Assembly: GCA_002269645.1 (NCBI GenBank)
Contig: NIVC01000275.1
Span: 62,001-126,000 of the forward strand
Direction: 5' to 3'
Length of the DNA stretch: 64,000 nt
DNA from: Macrostomum lignano
Taxonomy: Eukaryota
Shown: one piece after another, positions 10,901 to 21,972 of the stretch
Layout of the letters: every line of letters starts with the position of its first letter
How positions within the stretch are numbered: position 1 is the stretch's first letter
Translations under genes and position numbers: made by a program
Notes under the pieces: model-generated
The model's input: only the letters and a program-made list of their open reading frames with translations
What the model was told of the DNA's origin: nothing
Databases searched by the model: none

Positions 10901-13900
10901 GTGCGACTCACAGCCACCAAGGCCAGGGGTTTCCCGTCCTTTTACTTGATCGTAGTCCTTGACGGGTTGTCGTGCGATTCACAGCCACCAGGGCCAGGGG
11001 TTTCCCGTCCTTTTACTTGATCGTAGTCCTTGGCGGGTTGTCGTGCAATTCACAGCCACCAAGGCCAGGGGTTTCCCGTCCTTTTACTTGATCGTAGTCC
11101 TTGGCGGGTTGTCGTGCGATTCACAGCCACCAGGGCCAGGGGTTTCCCGTCCTTTTACTTGATCGTAGTCCTTGACGGGTTGTCGTGCAATTCACAGCCA
11201 CCAGGGCCAGGGGTTTCCCGTCCTTTTACTTGATCGTAGTCCTTGGCGGGTTGTCGTGCAATTCACAGCCACCAGGGCCAGGGGTTTCCCGTCCTTTTAC
11301 TTGATCGTAGTCCTTGGCGGGTTGTCGTGCGATTCACAGCCACCAGGGCCAGGGGTTTCCCGTCCTTTTACTTGATCGTAGTCCTTGGCGGGTTGTCGTG
11401 CAATTCACAGCCACCAAGGCCAGGGGTTTCCCGTCCTTTTACTTGATCGTAGTCCTTGGCGGGTTGTCGTGCGATTCACAGCCACCAGGGCCAGGGGTTT
11501 CCCGTCCTTTTACTTGATCGTAGTCCTTGGCGGGTTGTCGTGCGATTCACAGCCACCAGGGCCAGGGGTTTCCCGTCCTTTTACTTGATCGTAGTCCTTG
11601 GCGGGTTGTCGTGCAATTCACAGCCACCAAGGCCAGGGGTTTCCCGTCCTTTTACTTGATCGTAGTCCTTGGCGGGTTGTCGTGCGATTCACAGCCACCA
11701 GGGCCAGGGGTTTCCCGTCCTTTTACTTGATCGTAGTCCTGGGCGGGTTGTCGTGCAATTCACAGCCACCAAGGCCAGGGGTTTCCCGTCCTTTTACTTG
11801 ATCGTAGTCCTTGGCGGGTTGTCGTGCGATTCACAGCCACCAGGGCCAGGGGTTTCCCGTCCTTTTACTTGATCGTAGTCCTTGGCGGGTTGTCGTGCGA
11901 TTCACAGCCACCAGGGCCAGGGGTTTCCCGTCCTTTTACTTGATCGTAGTCCTTGGCGGGTTGTCGTGCGACTCACAGCCACCAAGGCCAGGGGTTTCCC
12001 GTCCTTTTACTTGATCGTAGTCCTTGGCGGGTTGTCGTGCGATTCACAGCCACCAGGGCCAGGGGTTTCCCGTCCTTTTACTTGATCGTAGTCCTTGGCG
12101 GGTTGTCGTGCAATTCACAGCCACCAAGGCCAGGGGTTTCCCGTCCTTTTACTTGATCGTAGTCCTTGGCGGGTTGTCGTGCGATTCACAGCCACCAGGG
12201 CCAGGGGTTTCCCGTCCTTTTACTTGATCGTAGTCCTTGACGGGTTGTCGTGCAATTCACAGCCACCAGGGCCAGGGGTTTCCCGTCCTTTTACTTGATC
12301 GTAGTCCTTGGCGGGTTGTCGTGCAATTCACAGCCACCAGGGCCAGGGGTTTCCCGTCCTTTTACTTGATCGTAGTCCTTGGCGGGTTGTCGTGCGATTC
12401 ACAGCCACCAGGGCCAGGGGTTTCCCGTCCTTTTACTTGATCGTAGTCCTTGGCGGGTTGTCGTGCAATTCACAGCCACCAAGGCCAGGGGTTTCCCGTC
12501 CTTTTACTTGATCGTAGTCCTTGGCGGGTTGTCGTGCGATTCACAGCCACCAGGGCCAGGGGTTTCCCGTCCTTTTACTTGATCGTAGTCCTTGGCGGGT
12601 TGTCGTGCGATTCACAGCCACCAGGGCCAGGGGTTTCCCGTCCTTTTACTTGATCGTAGTCCTTGGCGGGTTGTCGTGCAATTCACAGCCACCAAGGCCA
12701 GGGGTTTCCCGTCCTTTTACTTGATCGTAGTCCTTGGCGGGTTGTCGTGCGATTCACAGCCACCAGGGCCAGGGGTTTCCCGTCCTTTTACTTGATCGTA
12801 GTCCTGGGCGGGTTGTCGTGCAATTCACAGCCACCAAGGCCAGGGGTTTCCCGTCCTTTTACTTGATCGTAGTCCTTGGCGGGTTGTCGTGCGATTCACA
12901 GCCACCAGGGCCAGGGGTTTCCCGTCCTTTTACTTGATCGTAGTCCTTGGCGGGTTGTCGTGCAATTCACAGCCACCAGGGCCAGGGGTTTCCCGTCCTT
13001 TTACTTGATCGTAGTCCTTGGCGGGTTGTCGTGCGACTCACAGCCACCAAGGCCAGGGGTTTCCCGTCCTTTTACTTGATCGTAGTCCTTGGCGGGTTGT
13101 CGTGCGATTCACAGCCACCAGGGCCAGGGGTTTTGTTCTGTTGTTGAATTAACGAACGCAGAAACAAGATAGATAATTATCCGGGCGCTCAGTGGCACCA
13201 AAAGAGGGGGCTTGGCCAATAGGAGGGCGGCTCGTATATTTATGCACGCGGGGAAGGAAAGTTCTAGAAAGACCGGGGAAGGAAACTTCTGGAACTATGC
13301 GTAAACAAGTCCGCGGTGGAAGTTTCTAGAAACGCTGTCCCCGAACTACCCCTACGCATCGCATGCCTTTGCAATACACAACATTCTTCCCCTCCTTCAA
13401 GGAGTCCAACAGTCCCCAAGCTTCACTTTAATCAGTCCCAGCGGCAGTTCATGAAGCGTATCGGCGGGTGCCTGGCTCGCTCAGATCGGCGGGGCGCTGC
13501 TGTTCTTGCCGGAGGCTCCGCCGCCGGTGCCGCCGGTGCCGCCGTGCCGGCTCCGGTCGTTGGCGCCGAGTCCACCAGTGGGTCGAACCGCTCTCTCGGC
13601 TGCGCCGGGTGCGGTGTTCGGATCAGCCGCTGCTGGTTCCATCTGGTGCCGTCGCTGAGCTCGACCGCGTGGTGTCCCGCCTGACGGAGCACTTGTAGTG
13701 GCCGTGAGAGGCGGGTACCCAGCTTGCCCTTCTTGGTGGGCCGTCGGATTCTCACCCAATCGCCGGGGTGGAACGTCTCGGGGCGGGCCCTTCGTCTGGC
13801 ATCGGTGTAGGCCTTGATCCGCTGCTGCCGCGCCTCGATTTGCTGCCGCAGTGCCTGAGGCGTCGCCTCGGTCGTTGTCATTCCCCCTCCGGGAGACAGC

Positions 13901-16900
13901 ATGGTGATCGCGGTGCGCCACTTCCGACCCAGCATGAGCTCGGCCGGTGACTTGCCCGTCAGGCTGTGCTTGGCGCTCCGGTAGGCAGACAAGAAGTTGG
14001 TCACGGCGTCTTGAAATGGCCTGTTCTCCGCCATGGCCGCTCTGATGCTGGCGAGCAGCGACCGATTGAGACGCTCCGTCTGGCCGTTGGTCTGCGGATG
14101 GTAGAGGCTGGTCTTGACGTGCCGGATGCCCTGCTCGGCCAAGAAGTCCGAGAACTCGCTGCCAAACTGCGGGCCGTTGTCCGTCAGCACCTTCTCGCAC
14201 AGCCCCCACCTTGCGAACAGGCTGCGCATCGCACGGCAGATGGTCTCCGTGGTGATGCTGGCCGTCGGGATGACCTCCGGCCACTTGCTGTGCAGGTCGG
14301 TCACGACGAGGAGGTACCTGCTAGAGGCCGGCGCCGCCTGCAGTTCTCCGACGATGTCCACGGCGATCTCTGCCCATGGTGAATCTGGCCAGCGTATGGT
14401 CTTGAGCGGGGCCGGACTGACCTTAAAGTTCTTCTCGGCTGTCTCGCACGCTACGCAGTGTCGCACGAAGGTCTCGACCGCCTTGTCCATGGCGGGCCAC
14501 CAGACTGAGTCGCGGAGCGCCTGCTTGGTGCGCACGATGCCCTGGTGCCCTTCGTGAGCCTGCTCGAGAAGCTGGCCGCGGAGAGACTCCGGGATGACCG
14601 CTCTCTCCTGGAAGGCAAGGCATTCGCCGTTGTTCCAGACGCTTAGCTGTTCGCGCACCTTCCAGAGCGCCCGCAGCTCGACGTCGTCGATGTCAGCTGG
14701 CCACCGGCCGCTAATGACGCTCCTGATGGCTGTCCTCAGTGTCTCGTCAGCTGCGGTCCCTGCGGTAAGTGCTTCCAGTGTGACCGCCTTGACTCTCGGG
14801 CCTGGAGTGTCGGGCAGGTGGATCAGGTTTAGCTCCGATCCGCTGCTCCACCGGGAAAGCAGATCGGCAACGTAGTTGCTGTTTCCTGGCAGGTAGCGCA
14901 CGTGGAAGTCGTACTGCAGCAGCCGGTCGCACCACCTGTGGATCCGCAGTGGCCGGTGTCCCGTGCCGGTCGGTCCGAGAAGTAGCTGCTGCAGCGCCTG
15001 ATGATCTGTGCGCAGCTCGAAGTGGCGACCGTAGAGGTAGAAATGCCACTTCTCCATCGCCCAGAGGCTAGCCAGTGCCTCGCGCTCGTTCGCGGCGTAG
15101 CGCTGTTCCGTCGTCGTCAGCGCTCGGGCGGCGAAGGCGACCGGTCGCTCGACGCCGTCCTGGATCTGCGACAGCTGGGCTCCGATGGCCTTGGCGCTGG
15201 CATCCGTGGTGACAATAGTGTCGGCCTTCGGGTCGAAGTGGGCGAGCGTCGGTGCCTTGCTGATGGCGTCCTTCACTGCTTCGAACGCCCGTTGGCACTC
15301 CGGCGTCCAGTCGAAGTTGGAGTCGGCCTTCAGGAGCCTTCGAAGCGGCTCTGTGATGTCGGCGTAGTGCGGCACGAAGCGCATCAGGAAGTTAGCGGCG
15401 CCTAGGAATGACTTCAACGCCTTCTGATCTCCGGGCTGCCGGATGTCCCTGATGGCCGCTGTGGCTGACTCCGTTGGCCGGATGCCGGCCTCCGAGATCA
15501 CGAATCCGAAGAATTCGACCTCTTTCTGCTTGAAGGCGCACTTCTGCTTGTTCACCGTCATGCCCTTGTCCTCGAGGCGCTGGAGCAACTTCTCCAGTCG
15601 TCGATCATGCTCCTCCTCGCTGCGCCCGTACACGATGAAGTCATCCAGGATGTGCTCCACTCCGTCGAGGTCGGCGGCCTGATCGTCGAGCATGCGCTGG
15701 AAAGCAGCTGGTGCCGATGCCAGGCCGAAGGGAACTCGACGATAGCGGAAGAGCCCCTTGTGCGTGATGAAGGCTGTCAGATTGCGGCTCGATTCATGCA
15801 GCTGCATCTGCATGTAGCCCGACTTCAGATCAATCTTGCTGAACACTCGGCCACGGCCTTTCTTGATCTTCGAGGCAATCTCGTCCAGCTGTGGCATCGG
15901 GTGCTTGTCGACGATCAGTGCCTTGTTTGGCTCGCGAACGTCGACGCAGATTCGGATGCTGCCATCCTTCTTCGCCGTCACCACTAGATTGGAGACCCAC
16001 TCGCTAGCGTTGACTCGCTCGATGATGCCGTCCTTCTCCATCTTGTCGAGTTCGGCACCGACCTGCTCCTGTCGCATGAGGGGCAGGCGGCGGAGTGGCT
16101 GCTGGACGGGTCGCACTGCTGGGTCGACCTTGGGCTGGTGTACAGCGCCGGCGCAGCATCCTATCGCACCGCTGAAGGTCGTTGGGTACCGCGCCTGCAA
16201 GTCCGCCGTCAAGTCGCTGACCTCCGCGATTCCGGGCGGCTGCCCGCTAAGGTCGACTCGGAAGCCCAGCTTCTCCATCAGGTCTCTACCGACGATGTTG
16301 TCGCCGCCTGGCGCAACGAAGAACCGGTGCTGCATCGCCTTGTCGCCGTAGCGCACCTCCAGCTCGGTGACACCACTTAGCTGGATTGGCAGTCCGCCGT
16401 AGGCACGCAGCTTCGTCGTAGTGGGAGAGGTGACTGCGCCTGAGATCCGATCGGCGGTCTGTCGGGACAGCAGCGACACCCTTGCGCCGCAGTCCACCAT
16501 CAGGCTGACAGCGGTCCTGTCCGGTCCGAGTTCCAGCGTCGCCCGGACCTCCCTGTCGCCACCCGGCACTGCGTAGACTGTGATCACCTCGTCCGCGGCA
16601 TTGACAGCAGCCTGCTGGCTGCGACAGCAACTCCGGAAGTGGTTCTTCTTGCCACAGGCCTCGCAGGTCTTGCCCTTGGCCGGACAGTGGGTCGTCGGTC
16701 CGTGGTCTCGCCCACAGCGCGTGCAGGCGCCGCCGGGTTTGGCCGTCCTGCCAGCTGGCGCTGGGCGGTGCCTCCCCTTTGCAGCGACCTTCTGGCCCCT
16801 CGGCTGTCGGATCGATTGGACGGCTGCCGTGCTCGAGGTTGATGGCGCCATCGCCTTGGCTTCTTTGGAGGCTTCCTCGATGGAGACCGCGATGCTGAGT

Positions 16901-19900
16901 GCTTTCGCCAGGTTGAGGTCCTCCACCTTCTCCGTCAGCAGCCTCTCTCGGATTCTGGGGTTACTGGTCTTCTCAGCCAGCTGGTCTCTGATGAGATCGT
17001 CCTGTATTGCGCCGTAGTTGCACAGCTCCGTCAGCTCCCTCAGGGCTGCCACGAAGGTCTTGACGTCCTCGCCGGGTAGCTGCTGGCGCTGGCGGAAGCG
17101 ATATCTGGCCACCATCACGTTGGGCTTCTCGCCGAAAATTTTCTCGAGCTCCGCCTTAGTTGCTGCGAACGTGTCGTTCTCCTTGATTGCTTGGCGTGCT
17201 CGAGCAACCCGCTGACCTTCGAATCCAAGCAGATAGAGCAGAAGGCTCTTCTTCAGCGGTTTCGCCTCTTCCTTCCCTTCGGGCTCCTTGAATTGGGCCG
17301 CCTCGTAATAAAATTCAAAGGCCTCAATCCATCGGCTCCATGGTACTGTCGGTGATCCGCAGTTCGCCAGGAAGGGCGTGGGTGCAGGGATGCTAGCCGC
17401 CATCCTCGTCGCCAATGTTCTGTTGTTGAATTAACGAACGCAGAAACAAGATAGATAATTATCCGGGCGCTCAGTGGCACCAAAAGAGGGGGCTTGGCCA
17501 ATAGGAGGGCGGCTCGTATATTTATGCACGCGGGGAAGGAAAGTTCTAGAAAGACCGGGGAAGGAAACTTCTGGAACTATGCGTAAACAAGTCCGCGGTG
17601 GAAGTTTCTAGAAACGCTGTCCCCGAACTACCCCTACGCATCGCATGCCTTTGCAATACACAACAGGTTTCCCGTCCTTTTACTTGATCGTAGTCCTTGG
17701 CGGGTTGTCGTGCAATTCACAGCCACCAAGGCCAGGGGTTTCCCGTCCTTTTACTTGATCGTAGTCCTTGGCGGGTTGTCGTGCGATTCACAGCCACCAG
17801 GGCCAGGGGTTTCCCGTCCTTTTACTTGATCGTAGTCCTTGACGGGTTGTCGTGCAATTCACAGCCACCAGGGCCAGGGGTTTCCCGTCCTTTTACTTGA
17901 TCGTAGTCCTTGGCGGGTTGTCGTGCGATTCACAGCCACCAGGGCCAGGGGTTTCCCGTCCTTTTACTTGATCGTAGTCCTTGGCGGGTTGTCGTGCGAT
18001 TCACAGCCACCAGGGCCAGGGGTTTCCCGTCCTTTTACTTGATCGTAGTCCTTGACGGGTTGTCGTGCAATTCACAGCCACCAGGGCCAGGGGTTTCCCG
18101 TCCTTTTACTTGATCGTAGTCCTTGGCGGGTTGTCGTGCGATTCACAGCCACCAGGGCCAGGGGTTTCCCGTCCTTTTACTTGATCGTAGTCCTTGGCGG
18201 GTTGTCGTGCGATTCACAGCCACCAGGGCCAGGGGTTTCCCGTCCTTTTACTTGATCGTAGTCCTTGACGGGTTGTCGTGCAATTCACAGCCACCAGGGC
18301 CAGGGGTTTCCCGTCCTTTTACTTGATCGTAGTCCTTGGCGGGTTGTCGTGCGATTCACAGCCACCAGGGCCAGGGGTTTCCCGTCCTTTTACTTGATCG
18401 TAGTCCTTGGCGGGTTGTCGTGCAATTCACAGCCACCAAGGCCAGGGGTTTCCCGTCCTTTTACTTGATCGTAGTCCTTGGCGGGTTGTCGTGCGATTCA
18501 CAGCCACCAGGGCCAGGGGTTTCCCGTCCTTTTACTTGATCGTAGTCCTTGACGGGTTGTCGTGCGATTCACAGCCACCAGGGCCAGGGGTTTCCCGTCC
18601 TTTTACTTGATCGTAGTCCTTGGCGGGTTGTCGTGCAATTCACAGCCACCAAGGCCAGGGGTTTCCCGTCCTTTTACTTGATCGTAGTCCTTGGCGGGTT
18701 GTCGTGCGATTCACAGCCACCAGGGCCAGGGGTTTCCCGTCCTTTTACTTGATCGTAGTCCTTGGCGGGTTGTCGTGCTACTCACAGCCACCAAGGCCAG
18801 GGGTTTCCCGTCCTTTTACTTGATCGTAGTCCTTGGCGGGTTGTCGTGCGACTCACAGCCACCAAGGCCAGGGGTTTCCCGTCCTTTTACTTGATCGTAG
18901 TCCTTGGCGGGTTGTCGTGCTACTCACAGCCACCAAGGCCAGGGGTTTCCCGTCCTTTTACTTGATCGTAGTCCTTGGCGGGTTGTCGTGCAATTCACAG
19001 CCACCAGGGCCAGGGGTTTCCCGTCCTTTTACTTGATCGTAGTCCTTGGCGGGTTGTCGTGCAATTCACAGCCACCAGGGCCAGGCCCCGAGACACGGTT
19101 TGCACATGCCTGACGAATCTAGAAATTCAGGGCCTCTGTACACCCTTTGTGAGCCTGTGTCCAGCATTGGCGCGCTTGTATTTGCTTTGGAGTCAGCGAA
19201 ATGGGCAGAATAGCCTCAGCGCTGGATGCGGGACCGATGTCGCCGAAGGAGAGTGCCCAAAACTTTCCCACTAAAATTAATTATTAATGTTGAAACTATT
19301 TGCGATGTTTAAATTACAGTGGACGTCTGCATAAGCAATGAGGTGCCTATAGGATTACGGCGGTGTGTCCAAAGAGACTGGAGTTGTTCTAGTAGCTGTT
19401 AGTGATCATGCAGTGTCCAGGAAAGGACGGATAGCTCCTCTCACGCACCGATCCGCAGGCGCCTGCGACACGGTGTCGCGGTTCTCCCTCGGCCTGCTGT
19501 TCGACACGTCCCGCCTGGTGCCGCACCGAAGGCGCATCTGGAGCCTCGGCATGCTGCTCACCGCCTCCAGTATCGCAGCCTTCGCATTCATGCACACCCT
19601 GGCTCCGTTTGTGCTCGTGTCGGTGGCGTTCGGCCTGACCTCCGGGCTGTTCGTCAGCCAGCTGTACTGCGTGCTTGGCGACCTGATCGGCCGGGAGCGC
19701 TGCCGCACCGGCATCGGCCTGCTGATCCTCTGCCGCGGTGTCGGCGTGGCGATCGGGCCACCTCTGGCTGGGGCAATCAAGGACATCAGCGGCTCCTATA
19801 AGCTGTCGTTCTGTGCCCTCGGCGCGGCCACTTTCGCTGGCTTCGTCTGCCTGTGCGTGCTGGACGTCGTACTGCTGCTGCGGGGTCGGCGTCAACGATT

Positions 19901-19940
19901 GTCGAATCCGGAAGCCACGACTGTTGAGATCGCCACCTGA
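7946..19940 (+). CDS. SLC16/monocarboxylate transporter family MFS protein, paralog A; exons 7946-8135, 8247-8990, 19459-19940
   Basis: [10 protein letters not shown]-terminal MCT motif, [18 protein letters not shown] motif and phase-1 GT/AG junctions. Intron 2 (~10.5 kb) holds the satellite, LINE and LTR element. Exon structure mirrors paralog B. Confidence 0.88.
9196..10016. mobile_element. Fold-back (palindromic) MITE-like element interrupted by a LINE fragment
   Basis: The left arm TTTTATACTACGTAC..ATGCATGGCAC[LINE]AGCTCGACTCATTG..AATCTATTTTATCAT pairs imperfectly with the right arm ATGATAAAATAGATTT..GATGAGCCGAGCCGTGTCATG..GTACGTAGAATAAAA. Confidence 0.65.
9248..9838 (-). mobile_element. 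5'-truncated non-LTR retrotransposon 3' end (RNase H-type LINE, I/LOA/R1-like)
   Basis: The minus strand encodes [30 protein letters not shown] and, after a frameshift, [21 protein letters not shown], typical of the post-RNase H zinc-knuckle C-terminus. TAAG-like tail and 13-bp TSD AAATGCATGGCAC (9235-9247, 9839-9851). Confidence 0.72.
10147..13133. repeat. 71-bp satellite array, left part (~42 units)
   Basis: Unit GGTTTCCCGTCCTTTTACTTGATCGTAGTCCTTGGCGGGTTGTCGTGCGATTCACAGCCACCAGGGCCAGG, with the 71-nt period also visible in the ORF track. Confidence 0.98.
13134..13383 (-). repeat. 3' LTR (250 bp)
   Basis: TGTTCTGTTG...ATACACAACA, identical by eye to 17416-17665. Confidence 0.97.
13384..13398 (-). 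other. Polypurine tract
   Basis: GAAGGAGGGGAAGAA on the minus strand directly before the 3' LTR. Confidence 0.9.
13432..17403 (-). CDS. Gag-Pol polyprotein (Gag, two Zn knuckles, protease, RT, RNase H, integrase)
   Basis: CTRCGRDH..C and [13 protein letters not shown] knuckles, LMVDCGA protease, [19 protein letters not shown] and ILDD in [13 protein letters not shown] RNase H, HEGHQG..CVAC with VDIVG, TDNGPQF and NGQTERLN in integrase. The PR-RT-RH-IN order indicates Ty3/gypsy. Confidence 0.97.
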   Translation of the reverse strand: MAASIPAPTPFLANCGSPTVPWSRWIEAFEFYYEAAQFKEPEGKEEAKPLKKSLLLYLLGFEGQRVARARQAIKENDTFAATKAELEKIFGEKPNVMVARYRFRQRQQLPGEDVKTFVAALRELTELCNYGAIQDDLIRDQLAEKTSNPRIRERLLTEKVEDLNLAKALSIAVSIEEASKEAKAMAPSTSSTAAVQSIRQPRGQKVAAKGRHRPAPAGRTAKPGGACTRCGRDHGPTTHCPAKGKTCEACGKKNHFRSCCRSQQAAVNAADEVITVYAVPGGDREVRATLELGPDRTAVSLMVDCGARVSLLSRQTADRISGAVTSPTTTKLRAYGGLPIQLSGVTELEVRYGDKAMQHRFFVAPGGDNIVGRDLMEKLGFRVDLSGQPPGIAEVSDLTADLQARYPTTFSGAIGCCAGAVHQPKVDPAVRPVQQPLRRLPLMRQEQVGAELDKMEKDGIIERVNASEWVSNLVVTAKKDGSIRICVDVREPNKALIVDKHPMPQLDEIASKIKKGRGRVFSKIDLKSGYMQMQLHESSRNLTAFITHKGLFRYRRVPFGLASAPAAFQRMLDDQAADLDGVEHILDDFIVYGRSEEEHDRRLEKLLQRLEDKGMTVNKQKCAFKQKEVEFFGFVISEAGIRPTESATAAIRDIRQPGDQKALKSFLGAANFLMRFVPHYADITEPLRRLLKADSNFDWTPECQRAFEAVKDAISKAPTLAHFDPKADTIVTTDASAKAIGAQLSQIQDGVERPVAFAARALTTTEQRYAANEREALASLWAMEKWHFYLYGRHFELRTDHQALQQLLLGPTGTGHRPLRIHRWCDRLLQYDFHVRYLPGNSNYVADLLSRWSSGSELNLIHLPDTPGPRVKAVTLEALTAGTAADETLRTAIRSVISGRWPADIDDVELRALWKVREQLSVWNNGECLAFQERAVIPESLRGQLLEQAHEGHQGIVRTKQALRDSVWWPAMDKAVETFVRHCVACETAEKNFKVSPAPLKTIRWPDSPWAEIAVDIVGELQAAPASSRYLLVVTDLHSKWPEVIPTASITTETICRAMRSLFARWGLCEKVLTDNGPQFGSEFSDFLAEQGIRHVKTSLYHPQTNGQTERLNRSLLASIRAAMAENRPFQDAVTNFLSAYRSAKHSLTGKSPAELMLGRKWRTAITMLSPGGGMTTTEATPQALRQQIEARQQRIKAYTDARRRARPETFHPGDWVRIRRPTKKGKLGTRLSRPLQVLRQAGHHAVELSDGTRWNQQRLIRTPHPAQPRERFDPLVDSAPTTGAGTAAPAAPAAEPPARTAAPRRSERARHPPIRFMNCRWD
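17400..17414 (-). other. Primer-binding site, probably tRNA-Ser(GCU)
   Basis: TGGCGACGAGGATGG follows the 5' LTR and is complementary to the 3' end ..CCATCCTCGTCGCCA of animal tRNA-Ser(GCU) as I recall it. Confidence 0.8.
17416..17665 (-). repeat. 5' LTR (250 bp)
   Basis: Direct repeat of 13134-13383. The minus strand carries a TATA-like GCATAAATATA. Confidence 0.97.
17666..19085. repeat. 71-bp satellite array, right part (~20 units)
   Basis: Same unit, resuming in phase after the TSD. Confidence 0.98.
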
Positions 19941-21098
19941 GTGACGCCTGGCAAGGTTTGCCTTGTTGGCACGCTTTAGTTCTGCCAAATATTGTAGTTC
20001 ATTTTATAAGACAATTTCTGCAGAGCTTTCTACTTAGCTTTATGCATAGCTGTTTACGCAAAAGAGCCGCATGTTCGATCGAGTTTGGGTTTTGATTTCC
20101 TACTCGTATTGCTAATTTTTGGATCAACTATAAGTAGCACTTGAGAGTTTAAATAGCTTGGCTGTAATAAACATTAATTTTGCGTTTGCGTTCACACAGA
20201 GGGTAGTTAATTGTATGATTGGCTCTCGTGTGAGGACTGGATCTCAGTGGAACAGAGTTGGGAACCGGCTTTCCCAATCCATCTGCAAAATCGCCCGTTT
20301 GCAAGTATTTAGCCGTAAACTGTTTCTAATAGAACTTAGTTAAAATAACACGGTTGATGAAGTAGTAAAGAAATGAATAAATATTAAAAATAAATGAATG
20401 CTTTGAAAAAAAACAGAAATGTCAATTTTTGTACCTTTCTTATTTTTTGTTTCTATTTTTTTGTTTTAGTGTAGCCAATATTTAAATTCAAATTTTGCTT
20501 GACGAGCTTTTTTGCTATAACCAGCATTCTAGATGCTTTTCAAACAGCTAGCCCCACAACATTTTAAAGCAAACTGTCCATTTTGGCAACAAATTTATTT
20601 GTGCTTTGTCAATTTTTCGACACCATGCACCATGCATATATTGTTTATTGTTTTCCAAGATTTTATCTCGATAACAGGCTTTTCTGTATGCAAATTTCAA
20701 TAGTATAAACTAAAACCATACTTTTGCGTAGTTGATTTACAAATAAATTTTTATATCATGTAGTCTATTTCAAATAATCGATAACTTTTGGAGCGAGCAT
20801 GTTTCAAAGAAACAAAATTTTGCAAGAGAAAAGAACTATATGTCCTTTGATTACTTGCCATTCTTACTGCATTAGCAAAGGTCACTGCAACAGGGCAGAT
20901 AAACCTTCGCTGTCTGTTTTTTTATCTCTGTCGTAACAGTCTCCTACTTTCAGAGTAGTTTGTACTTGCTGTCTGGGCTATCGTCAGCAGTGTTAGGATT
21001 CTGGGTAGGACTGACTACACATTTGCTTTAATTGTTGTAGAGCTACATGTAAATGTAATTACGGCTGCTGTGTGTATTCTGTCTCGCATGCTTAAGTG

Positions 21099-21191
<93 letters not shown>

Positions 21192-21252
21192 AACAACAAC
21201 TACTACTACTACTACTACTACAACAACAACTACTACTACTACTACTACTACT
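21099..21252. repeat. (TAC)n/(AAC)n microsatellite
   Basis: Read directly. Confidence 0.98.
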
Positions 21253-21972
21253 CAAACACACGCTCTCACAGGATGTACAGTGGTACTGACTCTCTAGCTC
21301 AAGTTGGCGTTCTCTGACACAGTTAACTTGCCGAGACCAATTCCGGCGCTCCTCCGCAGTGTCGCAGAGGATATTTGTATACAAAAAGCATTTTACTTGT
21401 ACATTATTTGATAGGCGCTTGCCTCTGCATGAAATCGTATCTGTTAAATTTCGGTCATGATCAAACCCTCAGAAATCCGTTCTGAATTGATTCATCAAGT
21501 CTTACAGCTAGACCCAGATAGTCTGAATGTCAATTGCAATCATGTTTCAACATATATCGCTTGAATATTTGAATTGAAACAAAACGTCCTAGTGTACTTT
21601 AATTGGGAATTAAGGAACCGTCGGCATTTGACAATCTAAAAGAGCTCCAGACTGCCAGAAACAAGTGCAGATAAGTCAACGGACTGGTTTTGTTATGCAG
21701 AGAATTGGCGGCGTTGAGCCGCACAATTTCACGCCAAAAACTCGTGACTGAAGAGCAGCGGTTTGTTTCAACTAGGCCTTCTATATCAACTGGTATCGTT
21801 TAAAGTTTTCTTTGCCGAGCGCCGATAAAAATTGTTAAAAGTTAACAGAAAAGCAGAAATGATAAAGTTAGCGAGCGGCTTGAAAAAACCTCGCATAGCT
21901 ACCATAAAGTTGAGTAGCGGCAATATTTGCTGAGAACTACAAGCTTCAACTGAGCGATAAAGTGCAACACGC

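Larger units (their letters stand above)
13134..17665 (-). mobile_element. Full-length Ty3/gypsy (Mag-like) LTR retrotransposon, 4532 bp
   Basis: Two 250-bp TG..CA LTRs, 5-bp TSD GGTTT (13129-13133, 17666-17670), PBS, PPT and one intact gag-pol ORF. Confidence 0.97.

Noticed and set aside
13316-17215. Many plus-strand and alternate-frame ORFs over the retrotransposon
   Set aside because: These are shadow ORFs of a GC-rich coding sequence with no recognisable motifs.
10147-19085. 71-bp array as a CRISPR array or as a series of 67-aa genes
   Set aside because: There are no unique spacers and no cas genes, and the context is eukaryotic. The ORFs are a by-product of the 71-nt period.
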